From Pontimonas sp. (GTDB lineage Bacteria; Actinomycetota; Actinomycetes; Actinomycetales; Microbacteriaceae), in the NCBI GenBank assembly GCA_049460875.1, contig JBMUEW010000001.1:31943-95942 (forward strand): a DNA stretch of 64,000 nucleotides. Reading direction: 5' to 3'. The first letter of the stretch is position 1; each line of letters starts with the position of its first letter. This document shows positions 20,199 to 31,177 of this stretch, in pieces. Made by a program: the position numbers and the translations under genes. Below the pieces are notes generated by a model. It was not told the origin of the DNA and ran no database searches. It worked only from the letters and a program-made list of their open reading frames with translations.

Positions 20199-20225
20199 TC
20201 TCCGATAATCTATATTATGTCAGAT
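20198..20225 (+). other. dif: dif site (XerC/XerD chromosome dimer resolution site)
   Basis: GTCTCCGATAA-TCTATA-TTATGTCAGAT has the 11-6-11 architecture and matches E. coli GGTGCGCATAA-TGTATA-TTATGTTAAAT. It is an AT-rich island between convergent genes. Confidence 0.9.
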
Positions 20226-20273
20226 TGAGGAAGATGCCCTCTCGGTTGCACGACGAGAGCCCGCTCCCCGCTC

Positions 20274-21329
20274 TCAGCTCTGAGTGGAGGCAACCCACTC
20301 CGAGAGTTTCTGGTCGGCGAGACCGGAATCAATTGTTGACTGAGCGAGGGCAATCTTTTCGCCCAGACGCTCCATGAGTGGTCGCGCACGTTCCTCGGGG
20401 TTCTCCGCCAAGGCGAAAGACACCAATCCCGCAGCGGCATTCAGTACGACGATGTCCCTGACAGGTCCAGGATCGCCCGCAAGGACGCTCCTAGCCAGTT
20501 TCGCATTGTGCTCAGGACCCTCACCCAGGAGATCCTCTGGCTTCGCCTTAGCGAGACCCAACTCCTCCGAATTGACATCGTGCTCGTAGATCTGTCCCCG
20601 GCTAACCTCCCACACATGTGAGTGACCGGTGGTGGTCATTTTGTCGATTCCATCATCCCCGCGGTAAACCAGAGCGGTCGCACCACGCGTCCTGAACACT
20701 CCGGCCACCTGCGGAACTCGCCCTAGGTTACTCACCCCCACCGCGCTCGCCTCTGGCCTTACGGGATTGCACAGCGGTCCCAGAATGTTGAACACCGTGG
20801 GAATACCAATCTCCCTCCGCGCGGTCGCAGCGTGACGGAATCCTGGATGGAACTTTGCGGCGAACACAAACGTGATTCCCACCTCATGGAAGACGCGGGC
20901 GACCTCGGTGGGCTCGAGTTCTAAATTGACCCCTAGGGCTCCCAGAAGATCACTTGCACCGGACGCCGAACTCGCAGCTCGGTTGCCGTGCTTCACGACC
21001 GGGACTCCTGCAGCTGCGGCGACGATTGAGGCTATCGAGGAGACGTTAACGACAGCTCCGTATGGGTCTCCCCCGGTCCCCACGATGTCCAGGACCATCG
21101 GGTCGATAGGGAGCGAAACAGCGTGCTTCAACACGGCATCGCGGAACCCCACGATTTCGTCCACGGTCTCTGACTTACCGCGCAGCGCGACCAAAAAGGC
21201 GGCCATCTGGGCGTCAGTAACCTCCCCCGCCATCACTGCTTCCATCGCGAGGCTGGCTTGCGCAACACTCAAGTCGCGGCGCTCCAGAAGCTGAGTCAGA
21301 GTCTCGGGCCACGAGAATTCGGTGGACAT
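20274..21329 (-). CDS. trpD: Anthranilate phosphoribosyltransferase
   Basis: DIVGTGGD, KHGNRAASSASGASD and TVFNILGPL. Start placed at ATG 21329. Confidence 0.96.
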   Translation of the reverse strand: MSTEFSWPETLTQLLERRDLSVAQASLAMEAVMAGEVTDAQMAAFLVALRGKSETVDEIVGFRDAVLKHAVSLPIDPMVLDIVGTGGDPYGAVVNVSSIASIVAAAAGVPVVKHGNRAASSASGASDLLGALGVNLELEPTEVARVFHEVGITFVFAAKFHPGFRHAATARREIGIPTVFNILGPLCNPVRPEASAVGVSNLGRVPQVAGVFRTRGATALVYRGDDGIDKMTTTGHSHVWEVSRGQIYEHDVNSEELGLAKAKPEDLLGEGPEHNAKLARSVLAGDPGPVRDIVVLNAAAGLVSFALAENPEERARPLMERLGEKIALAQSTIDSGLADQKLSEWVASTQS

Positions 21330-21403
21330 AAAGCCCATGTTATCGGCCTCAACGGGCATGTCGTGGGGCAAAGTCCCAGTCTCACATCAGGCATAATGGA
21401 GGG

Positions 21404-22033
21404 GTGAGTAGCGCTTCTCTGACACCAGGATTTTCTGCGCCCACGGTGAATCGACCCAACGTCGTTGCTGTGGGCACCATTGTGTGGCTGGGAAGCGAGG
21501 TCATGTTCTTCGCGGGTTTGTTCGCGATTTACTTCACGCTCCGCTCAACATCTCCAGAACTATGGGAATCCCGGGTTGAGCTTCTCAACATCCCCTTTGC
21601 AGCCGTCAACACCACAATCCTGGTGCTCTCCAGTGTGACCGCTCAGTTCGGTGTCTTCGCCGCTGAGCGACTCCAAGCCCGCGCTACAGGGTGGAAACCG
21701 ACCCAGTGGGGCATGATCGAGTGGTTCTTTATCACCTACGCGATGGGTGCGATCTTCGTCGCGGGTCAGGTCTATGAGTACGCGATTTTGGTCTCCGAGG
21801 GCGTCACTCTCGCGTCTGATGCATACGGGTCGGCCTTCTACTTGACTACGGGTTTCCACGGTCTCCACGTGACCGGCGGTTTGATTGCGTTCTTGCTGGT
21901 AATCGGCCGTGCATACGCTGTGAAGAACTTCACTCATCGCGAGGCAACGAGCGCCATTGTGGTTTCGTATTACTGGCACTTCGTTGACGTGGTGTGGATT
22001 GGTCTGTTCCTCGTCATTTACATCCTGAGATAG
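21404..22033 (+). CDS. ctaE: Cytochrome aa3 oxidase subunit III
   Basis: [21 protein letters not shown] and YWHFVDVVW. Confidence 0.96.
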   Translation: MSSASLTPGFSAPTVNRPNVVAVGTIVWLGSEVMFFAGLFAIYFTLRSTSPELWESRVELLNIPFAAVNTTILVLSSVTAQFGVFAAERLQARATGWKPTQWGMIEWFFITYAMGAIFVAGQVYEYAILVSEGVTLASDAYGSAFYLTTGFHGLHVTGGLIAFLLVIGRAYAVKNFTHREATSAIVVSYYWHFVDVVWIGLFLVIYILR

Positions 22034-22049
22034 CTCGAAGAGAAAGTAG

Positions 22050-22862
22050 TTGCACTCCCCCATGCCCTCCTCCCGCTCCCCTCGCCGGTCTGGTCGTCGT
22101 CACCCCCTTATGGGTGCGCTCCTGCTCGTCATTGGATTGTTTGTGACTGGCGGTGCATACGCGGCTGCCAGCACGGGAATTGCGCACGCTCAGGATGCGC
22201 CCGTGTCTCAGGAAGCTCTGGTGGAAGAGGGGGAGAAACTCTTCCTCGCTAACTGTGCAAGCTGCCACGGCCTCAACGCTGAAGGCACCGTTGCCGGACC
22301 TACCCTGATTGGCGTCGGGGCACTCTCCGTTGATTTCCAGGTCGGAACAGGTCGCATGCCGATGGCCGCTTCGGGTCCGCAGGCTGAAGTAAAGCCCGTG
22401 CAGTTCACGCAACCTCAGATTGACGCGATGGCAGCGTGGGTGGCAACACTCGCACCAGGGCCGGGCATGCCCGATCCGCAGTACTACGCGGCGGATGGCG
22501 ATGTCGCTAACGGCGCAGAACTGTTCCGCATCAACTGCGCCATGTGTCACAACGTAGCCGGAGCAGGTGGAGCCCTCACCGAGGGTAAGTACGCTCCGCA
22601 CTTGCGTGACCTCCAGCCCATTCACATCTATGGAGCGATGGTCACAGGTCCGCAAAACATGCCGGTCTTCAGTGACATGAATTTGACCCCCGAAGAGAAG
22701 AACGACGTTATCTCTTACCTGAAGTACCTCGATGAGAATCCTTCAGTGGGTGGTTTTTCACTGGGAAGCCTGGGACCTGTGTCGGAGGGGCTGTTTATCT
22801 GGCTCATCGGGCTGGGTGGACTGGTTGCCGTCGCGGTATGGCTGACTGCTCGTTCAAACTAA
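22050..22862 (+). CDS. qcrC: Cytochrome bcc diheme c subunit
   Basis: Two heme c motifs, CASCH and CAMCH. The start may be ATG 22062. Confidence 0.96.
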   Translation: MHSPMPSSRSPRRSGRRHPLMGALLLVIGLFVTGGAYAAASTGIAHAQDAPVSQEALVEEGEKLFLANCASCHGLNAEGTVAGPTLIGVGALSVDFQVGTGRMPMAASGPQAEVKPVQFTQPQIDAMAAWVATLAPGPGMPDPQYYAADGDVANGAELFRINCAMCHNVAGAGGALTEGKYAPHLRDLQPIHIYGAMVTGPQNMPVFSDMNLTPEEKNDVISYLKYLDENPSVGGFSLGSLGPVSEGLFIWLIGLGGLVAVAVWLTARSN

Positions 22863-22886
22863 GCGCATAGGAAGGGATTGCACACA

Positions 22887-23945
22887 ATGGCGAAAAAGCC
22901 ACCAGCATCAGGAATCGAGCCCTCGGGCCACGATGAAGTGATGGACCCTGGCACCGCCGTTGAGCGCTCCAGCGCACCCCAGAACCCTGGACTTGCCCCT
23001 GAACACCTTCGCGTCACCGACCTCGACGAGAAGGAAGCCAAAGGCATGGAGCGCCGCATTGCCGGTTTCTTCCTCCTCTCCATCATCGGCAGCGTATTTG
23101 CGGCCATCGCCTACGTCGTCTTCCCGATCATTCCCGGCGATATGTCATCCGTGCGTCTCAACAACCTCATGGTGGGACTCGGCCTCTCTGCGGCGCTGCT
23201 CGGTGTCGGAATCGGAGCGGTCCAATGGGCTAAAGCACTCATGCACGGTCACGAGCTCGTGGAGGAGCGCCACCCCACCCGAGGAACCGAAGAGGCTCGA
23301 CAGGCGGCCGTAGAGACTTTCCAACAGGCCAACAAAGAGTCGGGCTTTACCCGTCGCTCTCTTGTCCGGAACACGCTGATCGGTGCACTCCTTGCCGCGC
23401 CGATCCCCGCTGTGGCTCTGTTCCGTGATCTCGCTCCTGCTGACGACCCTGTTACCCGGATGAAGCAGACCATGTGGGCCGAAGGAGTTCGCCTCACCCG
23501 CGATCCCAGCGGTGTTCCGATCAAGGCCTCCGAGGTGACTATCGGCTCGGCCTTCCACGTGGTTCCAGATGGTTGGAAAGACCTGGAGCATCACAAGCTG
23601 GAGGAAAAAGCTAAGGCTGCTGTCCTGCTGATGCGCCTACCGGTCGAGGAACTCAACGAAGACCCTGCCAAAGCGTCCTGGTCATACCAAGGAATCGTGG
23701 CCTACTCGAAGATCTGCACCCACGTCGGATGTCCGGTTGCTCTCTACGAGCAACAAACCCACCACCTGCTCTGTCCCTGTCACCAATCTGAGTTTGACGT
23801 GTCAAATCACTGTGAAGTTATCTTTGGGCCCGCGGCACGGCCCCTTCCTCAGCTTCCTATCACCATTGATGCGGAAGGATATCTCGTAGCACAAAGCGAT
23901 TTCACTGAACCTGTTGGACCAAGTTTCTGGGAGCGTGAACTGTGA
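22887..23945 (+). CDS. qcrA: Cytochrome bcc Rieske Fe-S subunit
   Basis: CTHVGC and CPCHQS Rieske boxes; internal Tat motif TRRSLV. Alternative start TTG 22878. Confidence 0.96.
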   Translation: MAKKPPASGIEPSGHDEVMDPGTAVERSSAPQNPGLAPEHLRVTDLDEKEAKGMERRIAGFFLLSIIGSVFAAIAYVVFPIIPGDMSSVRLNNLMVGLGLSAALLGVGIGAVQWAKALMHGHELVEERHPTRGTEEARQAAVETFQQANKESGFTRRSLVRNTLIGALLAAPIPAVALFRDLAPADDPVTRMKQTMWAEGVRLTRDPSGVPIKASEVTIGSAFHVVPDGWKDLEHHKLEEKAKAAVLLMRLPVEELNEDPAKASWSYQGIVAYSKICTHVGCPVALYEQQTHHLLCPCHQSEFDVSNHCEVIFGPAARPLPQLPITIDAEGYLVAQSDFTEPVGPSFWEREL

Positions 23946-25555
23946 GCAGCACTCTAGAGAGCACACCAAAGACTGACCTGGGGCGAGGCATGCGCTTCAC
24001 CAACTGGGCCGCTAACTACGTCGATGAGCGCACGAGCGCCTCGACCGCTGTCAAAGCACTCGGTCGAAAGATTTTCCCCGACCACTGGTCTTTCATGCTC
24101 GGTGAAGTCGCTCTGTACTCTTTCGTTGTCATCCTCATCAGCGGAACCTTCCTGACGTTCTTTTTTGACCCCTCCATGAGCCATGTCGAGTACGAAGGCT
24201 CCTACCTACCGCTCAAGGGCATCGAAATGTCGGTGGCCTATCACACTGCTTTGGACCTGTCCTTCGATATTCGGGGCGGTTTGCTCATGCGTCAGGTCCA
24301 CCACTGGGCAGCCTTGCTCTTCGTCGCTTCGATTGCGCTCCACATGCTTCGAGTCTTCTTCACCGGCGCGTTCCGCAAGCCCCGCGAGCTCAACTGGATT
24401 GTCGGATTCCTGCTCTTCGTTCTGGCCATGGCCGAAGGATTCACCGGCTACAGCCTCCCCGACGACCTCCTGTCCGGGAATGGTCTGCGCATCATCGATG
24501 GAATGATCAAAGCCTTCCCGGTGGTGGGAGTGTGGATCTCCTATCTCTTCTTCGGTGACGAGTTCCCGGGCATGGAAGTGATTCCGAGGTTGTATGTGCT
24601 CCACATCATGCTTCTGCCCGCAATTTTGATTGCCACGCTGGCCATCCACATGGTTCTCCTTGTGGTGAACAAGCACACCCAGTTCGCGGGTCCCGGACGA
24701 ACCAACGACAACGTGGTGGGTTCGCCGGTTATGCCGGTGTTCGCTGCGAAGGCTGGAGGCTTCTTCTTCCTGGTCTTCGGTGTGATTATGGTGATTGCGT
24801 CACTGTTTACCATCAACCCGATTTGGAATTACGGCCCCTACGACCCCTCCCCCGTGTCTGCGGGAACACAGCCCGACTGGTATATCGGTTTTGCCGATGG
24901 AGCGTTGCGTTTGATTCCACCAGGGTGGGAGTTTGTGCTCTTCGGATACACCTGGTCGATGAACATTCTCGTGCCCACGGTAATCCTTATCGTCTTCCTG
25001 GCTGCCGTGGCCCTCTACCCCTTCTTCGAGGCATGGGTGACCGGCGACAAGCGCGAGCACCACATCGCTGAGCGTCCCCGCAACGCCCCCACGCGCACCG
25101 GAATTGGGGCTGCTGGAGTCGTCTTCTACGCCGTGCTGTGGGCGGCAGCGAGCTCCGACCTGATCGCGACGCACTTCAAGCTGACGATCGAGGGTGTCAT
25201 CACTACCCTTCAGGTCCTCTTGATTGCCGCGCCCATTCTGGCGTTCATCATCACCAAGCGCACCTGCCTTGCTCTTCAGCGTAAGGATCGCGAAATCGCG
25301 CTCCACGGCTACGAGAGTGGTCGTATTGTGCGTCTGCCCGGCGGCGAGTATGTCGAAGTTCACGAGCAGCTCGACGAGTACGAGAGCTGGAGGCTCCTCG
25401 ACTACAACGACTACCAGCCACTCACCGTGCGCCCCAACGACGAGGGTCGCATTACGGTGGGAACGCGACTGCGAGCTGGAGTGTCACGCTGGTTCTTTGA
25501 GGACCGTGTGCTCCCCGTCGAGGCCAAAGAACTCGAAAGCGCAAGCAAGCACTAG
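23942..25555 (+). CDS. qcrB: Cytochrome bcc cytochrome b subunit
   Basis: FPDHWSFMLGE, RQVHHWAA and QPDWY (actinobacterial PDWY). Confidence 0.97.
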   Translation: MSSTLESTPKTDLGRGMRFTNWAANYVDERTSASTAVKALGRKIFPDHWSFMLGEVALYSFVVILISGTFLTFFFDPSMSHVEYEGSYLPLKGIEMSVAYHTALDLSFDIRGGLLMRQVHHWAALLFVASIALHMLRVFFTGAFRKPRELNWIVGFLLFVLAMAEGFTGYSLPDDLLSGNGLRIIDGMIKAFPVVGVWISYLFFGDEFPGMEVIPRLYVLHIMLLPAILIATLAIHMVLLVVNKHTQFAGPGRTNDNVVGSPVMPVFAAKAGGFFFLVFGVIMVIASLFTINPIWNYGPYDPSPVSAGTQPDWYIGFADGALRLIPPGWEFVLFGYTWSMNILVPTVILIVFLAAVALYPFFEAWVTGDKREHHIAERPRNAPTRTGIGAAGVVFYAVLWAAASSDLIATHFKLTIEGVITTLQVLLIAAPILAFIITKRTCLALQRKDREIALHGYESGRIVRLPGGEYVEVHEQLDEYESWRLLDYNDYQPLTVRPNDEGRITVGTRLRAGVSRWFFEDRVLPVEAKELESASKH

Positions 25556-25569
25556 CCTGAGAGCACAAG

Positions 25570-25590
25570 TCGAGGGTGGTGCACCCTCGA
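25570..25590. terminator. Hairpin between convergent qcrB and GNAT gene (probable bidirectional terminator)
   Basis: TCGAGGGTG-GTG-CACCCTCGA, a perfect 9-bp stem with no U tract. Confidence 0.55.
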
Positions 25591-25596
25591 AGGTGT

Positions 25597-26034
25597 CTAG
25601 GTGAAGAGGCGCCTCATGTATTCGGCCTGCTGGGTGTAGCCCAAGCGATCATAGAAACCACCTGCGCGCCGCGAGGCAACGGTGAGCTGGGTCACACCGG
25701 CTTCCTCACAGGCCTGCTCGACCGCACGGACCAGCGCAGTGCCCACTCCCCTGGTTTGGACTGAATCGTCCACCACAATCTCCTGCAGCTGCGCCGAGGG
25801 ACCGTTGGTATAGAGCAACGGATTGATGGTGGTCAGAGCGTAGCCAGCGATCACACCATCCACCTCGGCGAGATGGAGCAGTGAGCGCGGGTGGTCAGCG
25901 AGGACCTGAGGAAAAGCCTCGGAGAAAGCCTGGGGGTCAACCGGAACAGCGTGACCTAGTTTTGCCACCAACTCCAAAACCCTGGGGGCATCGGCCTCGG
26001 TGGCAAACCGGATCACCGGTGAGTTAGCGGGCAA
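25597..26034 (-). CDS. GNAT-family N-acetyltransferase
   Basis: IVVDDSVQTRGVGTALV acetyl-CoA motif A and FYDRLGY. Confidence 0.88.
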   Translation of the reverse strand: MPANSPVIRFATEADAPRVLELVAKLGHAVPVDPQAFSEAFPQVLADHPRSLLHLAEVDGVIAGYALTTINPLLYTNGPSAQLQEIVVDDSVQTRGVGTALVRAVEQACEEAGVTQLTVASRRAGGFYDRLGYTQQAEYMRRLFT

Positions 26035-26440
26035 AATATCCTCGGTAGTACTCGTAGGTCCATCCCACGATTCCGATCAACACAAAAGGCAAAGCGTAGA
26101 GCGAGACCCAGTACCCGACAGCAAGTCCGAGGAAAGCTACAGCGGCTCCTCCGGCCAGAACGATCGGCCACCAGCTCCAGGGGCTGTAAAAGCCGATTTC
26201 GGGGTCTCCGTCATCAATTTCAGCATCCAGCTTGTCTTCGGGAAGATCGCCACCCTGGTTCCTCAGTTGGACCTGAAGGTAGAAGGCGATAAAGACGGTG
26301 AGTGTCCCGCTAAGGACTATAGCGAGCGTTCCCACCCACTCCACTCTTCCTCCGTCGATCAGTGACCACACTGTGTACACAGCAGCGAGAATGAAGAAAT
26401 AGACCGTGAGGACCGACAGTACGGCGATGTTTGTCTTCAT
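26024..26440 (-). CDS. ctaF: Cytochrome aa3 oxidase subunit IV
   Basis: PED...GFYSPWSWWP and a C-terminal YEYYRG. Confidence 0.94.
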   Translation of the reverse strand: MKTNIAVLSVLTVYFFILAAVYTVWSLIDGGRVEWVGTLAIVLSGTLTVFIAFYLQVQLRNQGGDLPEDKLDAEIDDGDPEIGFYSPWSWWPIVLAGGAAVAFLGLAVGYWVSLYALPFVLIGIVGWTYEYYRGYFAR

Positions 26441-26450
26441 AGTGGGATAC

Positions 26451-28160
26451 CTACTTCGATGCTTTCGCCGAAACCTTAGGGGGAGCCTCCAGCGGAGGAA
26501 GGTCCACCTCGGGGTGATTCAGGTCGAAGGCGGGCGACTCGGAGCGGATGCGAGGAATTGACGTGAAGTTGTGGCGAGGCGGAGGACACGACGTCGCCCA
26601 CTCCAGGGACCGGCCGTAACCCCACGGGTCGTTCACGGTGACCTTCTGACCGTTGCGCGCGGTGAGATACACGTTCAAGAGGAACGGAATCATCGACAGA
26701 GCCAGCAGAACCGAACCCACCGTAGAGAGCTGGTTCATCCAGGTGAAGCCATCTTCTGGCAGGTAGGTGGCGTAACGACGAGGCATACCCATCACACCGA
26801 GCCAGTGCTGGATGAGGAAGGTCATGTGGAAGCCGACGAACAGAATCCAGAAGTGAACGTGTCCCAGCGACTCGTTGAGCATCTTGCCGGTGAACTTCGG
26901 CCACCAGAAGTAGAACCCTGCGAACATCGCAAACACGACGGTTCCAAAGACCACGTAGTGGAAGTGAGCGACCACGAAGTAACTATCGGAGACGTGGAAG
27001 TCCAGGGGTGGCGAAGCCAGAATGACTCCCGTCAACCCACCAAAGACGAAGGAAATCAGGAACCCCAAAGCGAAGACTATGGGCGTTTCAAACGTCACTG
27101 ATCCCCGCCACATCGTGCCCAGCCAGTTGAAAATCTTCACACCGGTGGGAACCGCAATCAACATCGTCATCAAAGCAAAGAAGGGAAGTAGCACCGAACC
27201 GGTGACGTACATGTGGTGAGCCCACACCGTCATCGAAAGAGCCGCAATCGCAATCGTCGCGTACACCAGCGTCTTGTATCCAAAGATGGGCTTGCGGCTA
27301 AAGACCGGGAAAATCTCCGACACGATTCCGAAGAACGGAAGCGCGATGATGTAGACCTCTGGGTGTCCGAAGAACCAGAACAAGTGTTGCCACAGGATCG
27401 CCCCTCCATTCGCCGCGTCATAGACGTGAGAACCGAACACGCGGTCAGATCCGAGAGCCAGCATGGCTGCTGCGAGGACGGGGAACGCGAGCAGGACGAG
27501 GATTGACGTCACCAGGGTGTTCCAGGTAAAAATCGGCATACGCCACATAGTCATACCCGGTACACGCATCGTGATGATGGTGGTGATGAAGTTCACCGCA
27601 CCGAGAATGGTCCCGAAACCACTCAAGCCCAGCCCGAAGACCCACAGGTTACCCCCAAGACCCGGTGAGAACGTTTGGCTCGACAGTGGCGTATAAGCAA
27701 ACCAGCCGAACGACGCGGCGCCCTGCGGGGTGAGGAACCCTGCGACCGCGATCAAAGACCCGAAGCTAAAGAACCAATATGCAAGCGCGTTCAAACGAGG
27801 GAACGCAACATCGGGCGACCCGATCTGCAGCGGCATCAACACGTTGGCAAAACCGGCGAACAACGGTGTCGCGAACATCAGCAACATGATTGTGCCGTGC
27901 ATGGTGAAGAGCTGGTTGTACTGCTCCTTCGTCGCCACAATTTCGAGCCCCGGGGCAAAGAGCTGAGCCCGGATAACCAGAGCCATAACCCCACCCAGGA
28001 GGAAGTACAGGAAGGACGTAATCAGGTAGAGATAACCGATTTTCTTGTGGTCTGTCGTGGTAATCCACTCCACAAAGACATTGCCTTTGCGAGCCACCGT
28101 GGCATTGGAGAGACCCTGAGGAGTCTCCGTAACGGAGGGACGGGGAGCTGTCGTGGTCAT
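26451..28160 (-). CDS. ctaD: Cytochrome aa3 oxidase subunit I
   Basis: [15 protein letters not shown] and AHFHYV. Confidence 0.98.
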   Translation of the reverse strand: MTTTAPRPSVTETPQGLSNATVARKGNVFVEWITTTDHKKIGYLYLITSFLYFLLGGVMALVIRAQLFAPGLEIVATKEQYNQLFTMHGTIMLLMFATPLFAGFANVLMPLQIGSPDVAFPRLNALAYWFFSFGSLIAVAGFLTPQGAASFGWFAYTPLSSQTFSPGLGGNLWVFGLGLSGFGTILGAVNFITTIITMRVPGMTMWRMPIFTWNTLVTSILVLLAFPVLAAAMLALGSDRVFGSHVYDAANGGAILWQHLFWFFGHPEVYIIALPFFGIVSEIFPVFSRKPIFGYKTLVYATIAIAALSMTVWAHHMYVTGSVLLPFFALMTMLIAVPTGVKIFNWLGTMWRGSVTFETPIVFALGFLISFVFGGLTGVILASPPLDFHVSDSYFVVAHFHYVVFGTVVFAMFAGFYFWWPKFTGKMLNESLGHVHFWILFVGFHMTFLIQHWLGVMGMPRRYATYLPEDGFTWMNQLSTVGSVLLALSMIPFLLNVYLTARNGQKVTVNDPWGYGRSLEWATSCPPPRHNFTSIPRIRSESPAFDLNHPEVDLPPLEAPPKVSAKASK

Positions 28161-28166
28161 CTGTTT

Positions 28167-29027
28167 CTACTCGCTCTCACTAAACGCGCCGGTTCCGGGA
28201 AGGTTCTGCAACACACTCGCCTCGGGCCCTAAGCGACCCACGTTGCCTTGGGCTCGAAGCGCTTGAATCTGCTGGTTGTACTCCTGCTCGGAGACAACGT
28301 GAACCTCAAAAAGCATCAAAGAGTGGTATTCACCACACAACTCCGCACACTTGCCGCGGAACACGCCCTCTTCCTGCGGAATGAAGTACCAGTAATTGGT
28401 GCGAGCCGGAATCATGTCCTTCTTGTACAGGAAGTCGATAACCCAGAACGAGTGAATGACATCCCTGGACTCGATTTTGATTTCAACCTTCTGGTCCACC
28501 GGCAAGTAGAGCTTCGGAAGCAGCTCATTGTCGACTCCCCCACCAGGGAGCTCCTGACCCTGAATGCCGGAGAGGTAGACATTCTCGTTGAGATAGTTAA
28601 AGTCCCAAGCCCAACGCTTGCCGTAGACCTCGATCGACACATCTGGCTCGTCCAGCGGTGCCTCAATGATGGTCTGGTCACGAGCAGTGAAGGCAAAAAA
28701 GCCCAACACCAAAATGAGCGGAACCACGGTATAGAACGTCTCAATGGGCATGTTGTAGCGGAGCTGGGCGGGAAGCCCGGTTTGTCCGCGACGACGGCGG
28801 TACACCACCGACGCCCAAATGATAAGCAGCCACGTAATCACACCCACAATGAGGAGCACGACCCAGGAGACAACCCAGAGATCAATCACGCGATCGACCT
28901 GGTTCGTCAAGCCACGCTCGGTTGGCAACCACCCCAACGTGCTTTGCGAGGTACAGCCGGCCAAAACAAGGGCCAAAACGGTGAGAAGAGAGGCGCCCTT
29001 CAGGCTCCGAGTGAGGGTGTGGCGCAC
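28167..29027 (-). CDS. ctaC: Cytochrome aa3 oxidase subunit II (lipoprotein)
   Basis: Lipobox LAGC; CuA motifs DVIHSFW and CAELCGEYHSLM. Confidence 0.96.
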   Translation of the reverse strand: MRHTLTRSLKGASLLTVLALVLAGCTSQSTLGWLPTERGLTNQVDRVIDLWVVSWVVLLIVGVITWLLIIWASVVYRRRRGQTGLPAQLRYNMPIETFYTVVPLILVLGFFAFTARDQTIIEAPLDEPDVSIEVYGKRWAWDFNYLNENVYLSGIQGQELPGGGVDNELLPKLYLPVDQKVEIKIESRDVIHSFWVIDFLYKKDMIPARTNYWYFIPQEEGVFRGKCAELCGEYHSLMLFEVHVVSEQEYNQQIQALRAQGNVGRLGPEASVLQNLPGTGAFSESE

Positions 29028-29130
29028 AACAAACCTTTCACCTTGTCCACCAAGCTTGTAACCCCCAGTCTAGGGCATCGGCCCTGGCGACCGCTCTCAG
29101 ACAGGGCGGTCTGGGAGGCTTTTTTCAGGG

Positions 29131-29478
29131 TTAGGAGAAGCTATCGCCGCAGGCGCAACTGCCCTGGGCGTTGGGGTTGTCGATCGTGAAGCCTTGCTTC
29201 TGGATTGTGTCCTCAAAGTCCACCGTGGCACCGTCCAGGTAGGGCGAACTCATCTTGTCGACGACGAGCTCTACGCCAGCAAAATCTTTCACCAAATCGT
29301 CTTCCATAAGTCGCTCGTCGAAGAACAACTGGTAGATCAATCCCGAACAGCCTCCAGGCTGGACCGCCACGCGAAGGCGCAGATCATCTCGTCCTTCTTG
29401 CTCCAGGAGGTTACGAACCTTCGTCGCTGCCTGGTCGGTCAAAGAAACTCCATGAGTCTGGTTGAGCGTGTCGGTCAT
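29131..29478 (-). CDS. erpA: A-type Fe-S carrier (ErpA/IscA)
   Basis: GGCSGL and NPNAQGSCACGDSF. Start placed at ATG 29478, after the RBS AAGGA. Confidence 0.93.
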   Translation of the reverse strand: MTDTLNQTHGVSLTDQAATKVRNLLEQEGRDDLRLRVAVQPGGCSGLIYQLFFDERLMEDDLVKDFAGVELVVDKMSSPYLDGATVDFEDTIQKQGFTIDNPNAQGSCACGDSFS

Positions 29479-29609
29479 CGAGCCATCCTTTCGTGAGCAC
29501 CCCCCAGTGTAGCTCTCGAACCTCGTAACCAGCTGGAGCTCACCGAGGAACACCTCACGATTCTCCGGGTACCCTAGAGCATTACGTTTTTCAGGCAGGA
29601 GTAGGTCTC

Positions 29610-30152
29610 GTGGCACAGGATTCATCGCACGACGAAAGCGTGGAGGCAGCGGGCAAAGGTCGCCCGACCCCCCGCCGTCGGGACCGCGAGGCCCAGTTGA
29701 AGCGACCGCTGGTGTCGAATAATCGCAAGGAGGCTCGGGCGCGAGTTTCGAAAGAACGCGAACGCGCCCGCCTCGGTCTCGCTAATGGTGAAGAAAAGTT
29801 CTTGCCGCTGAGGGACAAGGGGCCCCAAAAGAAGTGGGTTCGGGATTATGTGGATGCTCGCTGGAACTTCGGTGAGTTCCTGATTCCCATCATGTTTGCC
29901 GTCATCATCGCGACCTTCTTGCCCTCTCTGGAGGCACAGTTCATCGCCATTGTCGCGCTGTGGGCGTTCTTCCTCATCACCATCGTCGACGCTTTCGTTG
30001 TTGGCGCCGGAGTGCGCAAGGGACTGCGCGCAAAATACGGTGAGGACAAGGTTGAGGATGGTGTGCGCTGGTATGCCGCCATGCGAGCACTTCAAATGCG
30101 AGGACTCAGGCTTCCGAAGGCCCAGGTTAAGCGCGGAGAAAAACCGAGCTAA
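29610..30152 (+). CDS. DUF3043 membrane protein
   Basis: GKGRPTPRR, RDKGP...RDYVDAR and MRALQMRGLRLPK; two TM helices. Confidence 0.88.
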   Translation: MAQDSSHDESVEAAGKGRPTPRRRDREAQLKRPLVSNNRKEARARVSKERERARLGLANGEEKFLPLRDKGPQKKWVRDYVDARWNFGEFLIPIMFAVIIATFLPSLEAQFIAIVALWAFFLITIVDAFVVGAGVRKGLRAKYGEDKVEDGVRWYAAMRALQMRGLRLPKAQVKRGEKPS

Positions 30153-31177
30153 CGCCGACCGCCTATTTCCTCGAGAAGCTTTCGGGCAAAGAAGGGGCCC
30201 CGGTAAACAAAGCCCGTGTACGCCTGAACCAGGGTCGCCCCGTGGTCGAGTAGCGTCTCGACATCGTCACCGTGGAACACTCCTCCGACACTGATGACGC
30301 AGTACTCGCGAGGCAGGCTGTGGCGAATGAGCTTCAGCACCTCTATGGACCGGATTTTGAGGGGGGATCCCGACAGTCCGCCCTCCCCCATACGCGAAAC
30401 TTCAGATTGGGCTGTAGCGAGTCCATCGCGAGAGATTGTCGTGTTTGTCGCAACGATTCCCGCCAACCCGAGCTCACACACCACATCAACAACATCCTCA
30501 ATCGCCTCATCACTCAGATCCGGGGCAATCTTGACCAACACCGGGGTGTCCTGAGCGTGATCAAGAACGGCTCGAAGTATGGGTTCCAGCATTTCCCGCT
30601 CTTGCAGGCCCCTCAGCCCTGGAGTATTCGGAGAGCTGACATTTACCACGAGGTAGTCAGCCCAGGCCGCCAGAGCATCGGTACACGCGATGTAATCGTC
30701 GATGGCGTTCTCCTGCGGAGTGCTCTTGTTCTTTCCGATGTTCACGCCAATAATCGGAAGCTTTCCTCCTTGCTCACGCAGTGCTCGAAGTCGACCAGCG
30801 ACAGCGATCGCGCCGTCATTGTTGAACCCCATCCGATTGATGAGGGCACCATCGGCCGGAAGACGAAAAAGCCTCGGGCGAGGATTCCCCGGCTGAGGCA
30901 GGGGTGTGACCGTCCCCACTTCAACATGCCCAAAACCAAGGGTGTGAAACCCCCTAATCGCTACCGCGTTTTTATCGAAACCCGCGGCGAGACCTACCGG
31001 TGACTCAAACGAAAGACCCAACGTATCGACCCGCATTGCCGGTGACAGTGCTTTGTCTGAGCGAAAAAGAATTTGGCCAAGCGCAGTACCTGCGAACCGC
31101 ACCACCATCATTCCCAGGTGATGGGTGAATTCAGGATCAAGGCGTTTGAGAATCGAGAATACGGCCTCGTACATCAC
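30149..31177 (-). CDS. pyrD: Quinone-dependent dihydroorotate dehydrogenase
   Basis: [29 protein letters not shown] and KIAPD. Confidence 0.97.
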   Translation of the reverse strand: MMYEAVFSILKRLDPEFTHHLGMMVVRFAGTALGQILFRSDKALSPAMRVDTLGLSFESPVGLAAGFDKNAVAIRGFHTLGFGHVEVGTVTPLPQPGNPRPRLFRLPADGALINRMGFNNDGAIAVAGRLRALREQGGKLPIIGVNIGKNKSTPQENAIDDYIACTDALAAWADYLVVNVSSPNTPGLRGLQEREMLEPILRAVLDHAQDTPVLVKIAPDLSDEAIEDVVDVVCELGLAGIVATNTTISRDGLATAQSEVSRMGEGGLSGSPLKIRSIEVLKLIRHSLPREYCVISVGGVFHGDDVETLLDHGATLVQAYTGFVYRGPFFARKLLEEIGGRR

